DNA from: Promethearchaeota archaeon
GTDB lineage: Archaea > Asgardarchaeota > Lokiarchaeia > Sigyniarchaeales > SOKP01
Assembly (NCBI GenBank): GCA_030599585.1
Contig: JAUVNS010000006.1
Span: 96,001 to 160,000, forward strand
Length of the DNA: 64,000 nucleotides
Direction: 5' to 3'
A program made the position numbers and the translations under genes. Numbering within the stretch: position 1 is the first letter of the stretch; each line of letters starts with the position of its first letter. Below, piece after piece: positions 59,544-64,000 of this stretch. Below the pieces are notes generated by a model that was given only the letters and a program-made list of their open reading frames with translations, was not told the origin of the DNA and ran no database searches.

Positions 59544-60509
59544 CTACTTTTTTATTTCATAGTTATTTTTAAACGAAAAGTTATGAATGTTTTCTTTTAT
59601 AATCAAATACTTCTCTTCAACTAAATTTATTGAAGATGTATCCATTTCAAAGATTTCTTCATAAAACTGTTCAAAATTTACTGAATGAACTAAGGAATGA
59701 CAATTTTTGCACAAACATATACAATCTTCATTCTTCAAAATTGTAATTATATTATTTATAGGATGCTTAGATAATTTTTCCCATTTAAATTCCTTTTTCT
59801 CCGGATTTCGATGATGAAACTCTAAAGCTGGTAAGTTTTCTTTAGTTTTAATATTTCCACAACCAATACAAACACCATCATATAACATTTCAATAACTAA
59901 TCTCTTTTTGATCCATTTCTTAATTCTGTATTTAATTCTTGCTCTATGTTGAGCTCCTTTACGGCAATCGAATTTATATTTAATATTACTTTTGATTTCG
60001 TAATAAATTAAGTAATCAATTTCTCCAATATTATTAATTGACAATTTTTCTGAAAGTATAATCTCCTTAAATTTATCATAATTTGTCACTTCTTCACAAG
60101 CATGACAGTTTTTACATAAAACTTGAAGATTCTCATTTTTAATAATCCGAATAATCTCATCTATATTTCTTGCTCTTAAGGTCCTCCATGTATAATTTTT
60201 AGAAGAAGGATTTAGGTGATGAAATTGCATCGCAGGTAAAATTTGAAGACCTTCATGGCAATTGTGGCATTGTTTTTCAAACAGATCGGTAATTACTTTA
60301 ATCTGTTTTTTAAAGTTAGTAATCCCTTTAATAATTTGACGGCATTTTTCACAAACTGAATGTAATCGACCTTGTCTTTTTCTAAAATATTCGTGAGACT
60401 TGATCTTATGGCATCTCCCACATTCTTTTCTTTCTCCGTCATTGAAGAGTTTATTTCTTCTTGGATTCTTAATCTTTATTGACATACTATTAAGACAAAT
60501 AAAAACCAA
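59544..60509 (-). CDS. Zn-finger protein with two tandem HNH-like endonuclease domains
   Basis: N-terminal CGRC...CEKC, then two units of CxxC...(Q/E)FHHxNP..K...W...LCKNCH. The true start may be ATG 60485. Confidence 0.75.
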   Translation of the reverse strand: MVFICLNSMSIKIKNPRRNKLFNDGERKECGRCHKIKSHEYFRKRQGRLHSVCEKCRQIIKGITNFKKQIKVITDLFEKQCHNCHEGLQILPAMQFHHLNPSSKNYTWRTLRARNIDEIIRIIKNENLQVLCKNCHACEEVTNYDKFKEIILSEKLSINNIGEIDYLIYYEIKSNIKYKFDCRKGAQHRARIKYRIKKWIKKRLVIEMLYDGVCIGCGNIKTKENLPALEFHHRNPEKKEFKWEKLSKHPINNIITILKNEDCICLCKNCHSLVHSVNFEQFYEEIFEMDTSSINLVEEKYLIIKENIHNFSFKNNYEIKK

Positions 60510-60606
60510 AATAATAACATAGTCTTAGATGGATTTTTAAAAAATGATTTATTAAGAATCTATAACCACATAAATATAATATGATATTAGAATCATTTAT
60601 AAGCAA

Positions 60607-60729
60607 AGGTCCGTAGCGAAGCATGGATATCGCAGCTGCCTCCTACATACTTTTTATGGGGAAAGCAGAAGGTCGGGGGTTCAATATAATTCGCAGTTCG
60701 CGCTTTTTGAACATATCCCCTCGGACCTG
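60607..60729 (+). tRNA. tRNA-Arg(CCT) with two introns (37/38: 60646-60663; 58/59: 60685-60714)
   Basis: Acceptor AGGTCCG/CGGACCT+G, D stem GCGA/TCGC, anticodon loop CT-CCT-AA, T arm GGGGG-TTCAAAT-CCCCT after splicing (75 nt). Both introns fold into BHB motifs. Poly-T follows. Confidence 0.9.
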
Positions 60730-60790
60730 TTTTTTTGTATCTCCGCATTTTTTAACCAAATAAATAAGGATTTCGTTTGGTTTGTCTTTC

Positions 60791-60807
60791 GTCTGGTACG
60801 ACCAGAC
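60791..60807. promoter_or_regulatory. GntR/FadR-type palindromic operator upstream of aor
   Basis: GTCTGGT-ACG-ACCAGAC, a perfect 7-bp inverted repeat ~10 bp upstream of a TTTATATA box. Confidence 0.6.
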
Positions 60808-60872
60808 ATAATGTAGATTTATATAACCATCTATCACATATATTAAATGCCTAAAAATAGAGGTGAAATATC

Positions 60873-62609
60873 ATGGCAAAAAGAATTTTAAGAGTAAATA
60901 TGACAAAGCTTGAAGCCAAATTTGAGAATTTTCCAGCAGACTTCGTAGCTTTAGGTGGACGAGCTCTTACCTCCACAATTGTAGCGAAAGAAGTAGATCC
61001 GTTATGCCATCCATTAGGAGTAAATAATAAGCTTGTATTCGCTCCAGGGCTGGTTACAGGGACAAAAGCTCCAACATCTGGGCGAATATCTGTTGGTGGG
61101 AAATCTCCATTAACAGGAGGGATTAAAGAGGCAAATGCAGGCACAACTTTTGCTCAAAAATTAGGAAGAATGAGAATCGCCGCAATTGTTATCGAAGGTA
61201 AGCATGAAGGGGATGATTATTATCTTCTGAAAGTTACAAACGATGGCACTGAAATTATAAACGCAAATAAGTGGTCAAATAAAGGACTCTATGGCGTTTA
61301 TAAGGAATTATATAAGGAATTTGGCGATAAAGTAAGTATTAGTGGCGTTGGTATTGCAGCTGAAATAAGGGGAGCCGCTTCTGGAATCTGTTTTAACGAT
61401 CCTGAAGGGTTACCAAGTAGATACGCAGGACGAGGTGGACTTGGTGCTGTTATGGCATCAAAAGGGTTAAAATTCATTGTAGTAGATGACACTGGAGCGC
61501 CAGGAGTAGAAATTTTAAACGAAGAAGCTTTCAATATGGGTGTTAAAAAATTAACGAAAGCTTTAACGAGCCACGACGTAACAAAACCGGGTGGAGCGCT
61601 TAATTCATTTGGCACAGGTGTGTTAGTCAACATTATAAACGAAGCAGGTGGTTTACCACAGCGTAATTTTTCATCTGGTCAAGATGATAGATCTGAAAAA
61701 GTATCTGGAGAGGTAAAGGCTGAGGAAATAAAGAAGCGAGGGGGTGTTCGACCTCATTTCTGTAGTCCAGGATGTGTAATCCAATGTTCTGAAGTATGGA
61801 CAAAACCAGGTGGAAAAGATCCTGTTGGCGTTTTAGAGTACGAAAGCGTATGGGCTTTAGGTCCAAATTGCAGTATTTACGATTTAGATGTTATTGGAGA
61901 ATTAAATAGAGCTTGTAACGATTTAGGTTTAGACACAATTGAAGCTGGAGATTTACTTGGTGTAGCAATGGAGGGGGGTTTACTTGAATTTGGAGACGGA
62001 AAAAGTGCTTTAAAGATGTTAGATGAAATTAAGAATAAAACTCCAACTGGGAGAATTTTGGCTAACGGTACAGCTTTTACAGCACAGGCATTCGGTGTAA
62101 CCCGGGTCCCCGTTGTAAAAGGTCAAGGTTTACCAGCATACGATCCCCGAGCAATAAAAGGAATCGGCGTAACTTACGCTACAACTCCTCAAGGTGCAGA
62201 TCACACAGCAGGTTATGCCATCGCTACGGAAATCATGGGAGTCGGTGGGACAGCAGACCCTAAAGATACGAATAAATCCGATTTATCGCGCAATTTACAA
62301 CTCGCTACTGCAGCAATTGATGCATCGGGATATTGTCTTTTCATCGCTTTTGCGGTATTAGATATTCCTGAAGGATTAGAAGGCGTTGTTGATACACTTA
62401 ATGGTGTATTAGGGACCAGCCTTACTGTCAACGATGTTGCAGGTTATGGCCAACAAATCATAGACACTGAAAGAGCGTTTAATAAAGCCGCAGGCTTTAC
62501 AGAAAAAGACGATAGATTGCCAGAGTTTTTCTTAAAGGAGCCGTTACCACCACACGATGAAGTATTTAACGTAACCGATGAAGATTTAGACAAAGTTTGG
62601 GGCGCATAG
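60873..62609 (+). CDS. aor: Tungsten-dependent aldehyde:ferredoxin oxidoreductase
   Basis: KSPLTGGIKEANAG, AGRGGLGAVMASKGLK, C..GC...C, EYES, GLDTIE, AYDPR, GADHT, DDRLP..F. GAGGTG SD. Confidence 0.93.
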   Translation: MAKRILRVNMTKLEAKFENFPADFVALGGRALTSTIVAKEVDPLCHPLGVNNKLVFAPGLVTGTKAPTSGRISVGGKSPLTGGIKEANAGTTFAQKLGRMRIAAIVIEGKHEGDDYYLLKVTNDGTEIINANKWSNKGLYGVYKELYKEFGDKVSISGVGIAAEIRGAASGICFNDPEGLPSRYAGRGGLGAVMASKGLKFIVVDDTGAPGVEILNEEAFNMGVKKLTKALTSHDVTKPGGALNSFGTGVLVNIINEAGGLPQRNFSSGQDDRSEKVSGEVKAEEIKKRGGVRPHFCSPGCVIQCSEVWTKPGGKDPVGVLEYESVWALGPNCSIYDLDVIGELNRACNDLGLDTIEAGDLLGVAMEGGLLEFGDGKSALKMLDEIKNKTPTGRILANGTAFTAQAFGVTRVPVVKGQGLPAYDPRAIKGIGVTYATTPQGADHTAGYAIATEIMGVGGTADPKDTNKSDLSRNLQLATAAIDASGYCLFIAFAVLDIPEGLEGVVDTLNGVLGTSLTVNDVAGYGQQIIDTERAFNKAAGFTEKDDRLPEFFLKEPLPPHDEVFNVTDEDLDKVWGA

Positions 62610-62618
62610 TAGTAAAAT

Positions 62619-62906
62619 ATGACTATCTTAGTGAAAATTTTTGGAGATTTACGGAAAAAAATTGAAGGTTACACCATTTCAGACGCTTTACCATTAAATT
62701 TGCAAATTGATAGCAATGGAATCGATACTATCGCTGATATATTAAATAAATTTGCAATTGAAAAAGAGGAAACTTACCACTTATTTGTGAATGGCACATA
62801 TTCGGGATTTAATAAAAAAGTAAAAAACGGCGATAGAGTTGGCCTATTTCCTAAGAATATGTCTTTATTATATAAATGGTATTTTGAACGGAATGAAGAT
62901 GAGTGA
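62619..62906 (+). CDS. MoaD/ThiS-like beta-grasp protein lacking a C-terminal GG
   Basis: VKIFGDLR...FVNG...VKNGDRVGLFP, followed by the extension KNMSLLYKWYFERNEDE. Confidence 0.75.
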   Translation: MTILVKIFGDLRKKIEGYTISDALPLNLQIDSNGIDTIADILNKFAIEKEETYHLFVNGTYSGFNKKVKNGDRVGLFPKNMSLLYKWYFERNEDE

Positions 62907-63144
62907 TAAAAAGAACATCACAGCAACAGTCAAATTTTTCGCTAATTTACGAGACTTTGCTCCAGCGAAGAAAACGATCACATTACCAATAAGAAGTACC
63001 GTAAGTACAATACTAGATATGTTTACTATTTCAAAAGAAACTAAATTGATAATTCTAATTAATGGTTCCCCGCACCAAACGAGAGAGACACTAATTAAGG
63101 ATGGAGATACTGTAGCGATTTTTCCCCCTTTGGCAGGAGGATAA
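62899..63144 (+). CDS. MoaD/SAMP ubiquitin-like sulfur carrier
   Basis: VKFFANLR...LING...DGDTVAIFPPLAGG. ATG at 62899 overlaps the upstream gene. Confidence 0.88.
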   Translation: MSDKKNITATVKFFANLRDFAPAKKTITLPIRSTVSTILDMFTISKETKLIILINGSPHQTRETLIKDGDTVAIFPPLAGG

Positions 63145-63175
63145 TGTAAATTTAAAAAATTAATTTTTTTTTTTT

Positions 63176-63787
63176 TTATTTAGACTGATTTTCTTTCTTT
63201 AGTTGTACCCAATCTCTTTTAAAAAGCGAAAATCTATGATTATCGTGATATTTTCCATCAATATATATTTCTTCTTTTATAATTGCTTCTTTTTCAAATC
63301 CCAATTTCTCAGCGGCGCGAAGGGATCTTTGATTTGGGCTAAATATTCCTGCCTCAATTTTATGTAAATTTAATTCGGTAAAACCGTATTTAATCACTAG
63401 TGCACAAGCTTCAACAGCTATACCCTTTCCCCAATGTTCGGGCTCCCCGATTAAAGCAAAAAGATTAGCATTTCTACTAACCCAATTGATTTCATCTAAC
63501 CCTACAACACCAATTGGTCGGTTTTCTTGCTTATGATAAATCATAAAATTTGCTTTATCCCGAATACGTCTGTCTGGTGAAGGTTCGAACCTTTTTTTTA
63601 CCTCTTCAAGAGACTGGGGCCACATATTTCGAGAATAATGACGAACTTTTGGATTATTGATCCAACTACAAAATAAATTTGCCCATTTAGAATTTGCCGC
63701 AACTAAATCGATGGTCTTTCCTTCTATAAAAGGAAATACATCATTTTTTTCTTCCTTATCTTCTTTACTTTTTTGTTCTTCTGCCAT
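63176..63787 (-). CDS. RimJ/RimL-type GNAT N-acetyltransferase
   Basis: WGKGIAVEA, GFTELNLHKI, N.RS.RAAEKLGF.KE. Confidence 0.9.
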   Translation of the reverse strand: MAEEQKSKEDKEEKNDVFPFIEGKTIDLVAANSKWANLFCSWINNPKVRHYSRNMWPQSLEEVKKRFEPSPDRRIRDKANFMIYHKQENRPIGVVGLDEINWVSRNANLFALIGEPEHWGKGIAVEACALVIKYGFTELNLHKIEAGIFSPNQRSLRAAEKLGFEKEAIIKEEIYIDGKYHDNHRFSLFKRDWVQLKKENQSK

Positions 63788-63823
63788 TTTTAATCAATCT
63801 ATATGATATCCTTCACTTTTAAT

Positions 63824-64000
63824 TTACTTTTGTCCTTCAAACCATTCTTTTTTTGTTAAGCCCCATTTATGTATATCATGATATTCTCCGTCAACATACA
63901 TCGCCTCTTTCACGACCGCTTCTTTGTTTAATCCCAGCTTCTCAGCAGCACGGAGAGATCTTTCATTTGGTGTAAATACACCGGCTTTTACTTTATGCAA
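63824..64000 (-). CDS. RimJ/RimL-type GNAT paralog, 3' end only (truncated by window)
   Basis: Manual translation LHKVKAGVFTPNERSLRAAEKLGLNKEAVVKEAMYVDGEYHDIHKWGLTKKEWFEGQK*. Confidence 0.85.
   Translation of the reverse strand: MHKVKAGVFTPNERSLRAAEKLGLNKEAVVKEAMYVDGEYHDIHKWGLTKKEWFEGQK

Noticed and set aside
60643-60837. 64-aa minus-strand ORF
   Set aside because: Overlaps the tRNA-Arg gene and the aor promoter.
586-62431. Numerous short ORFs (60-140 aa) nested in or antisense to long genes
   Set aside because: They are shadow frames of well-supported genes with no independent motifs.
1-64000. Selenoprotein read-through / SECIS elements
   Set aside because: I found no TGA-interrupted ORF with continuing homology at a Cys-equivalent position.

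Overview
AT-rich archaeal window that most likely comes from an Asgard archaeon of the Lokiarchaeia type. This is inferred from Rab-like GTPases, many longin-like domains, an archaeal-type LeuRS, an Lsm protein and a BHB-intron tRNA. The main feature is a ~20 kb island (about 4.0-23.9 kb) made almost entirely of paralogous signalling-type genes: two 7TM-longin membrane proteins, two Rab-like GTPases, two tandem-wHTH-TPR proteins, five TPR-longin proteins and two gene remnants. Four upstream regions share a promoter/palindrome, and the island sits between a thiolase and the DUF35 gene that normally follows it. A second cluster (49-53.8 kb) encodes a standalone longin, a BBS2/ITFG2-like beta-propeller with a C-terminal wHTH, a mu-homology/DUF11-like Ig protein and an unannotated Zn-ribbon microprotein, and may be a coat/adaptor-like module. 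Other notable items are a tRNA-Arg(CCT) with two BHB introns (37/38 and 58/59) next to a double-HNH nuclease, a FadR-type palindrome upstream of an aor-moaD operon, a 6-PAS orphan kinase flanked by 113-bp direct repeats, a csp triplet with RGG tails and TTG starts, and a Cys-rich MarR next to arsM. The rest is acyl-CoA, amino-acid and housekeeping metabolism. All domain calls come from reading motifs by eye, not from database searches.
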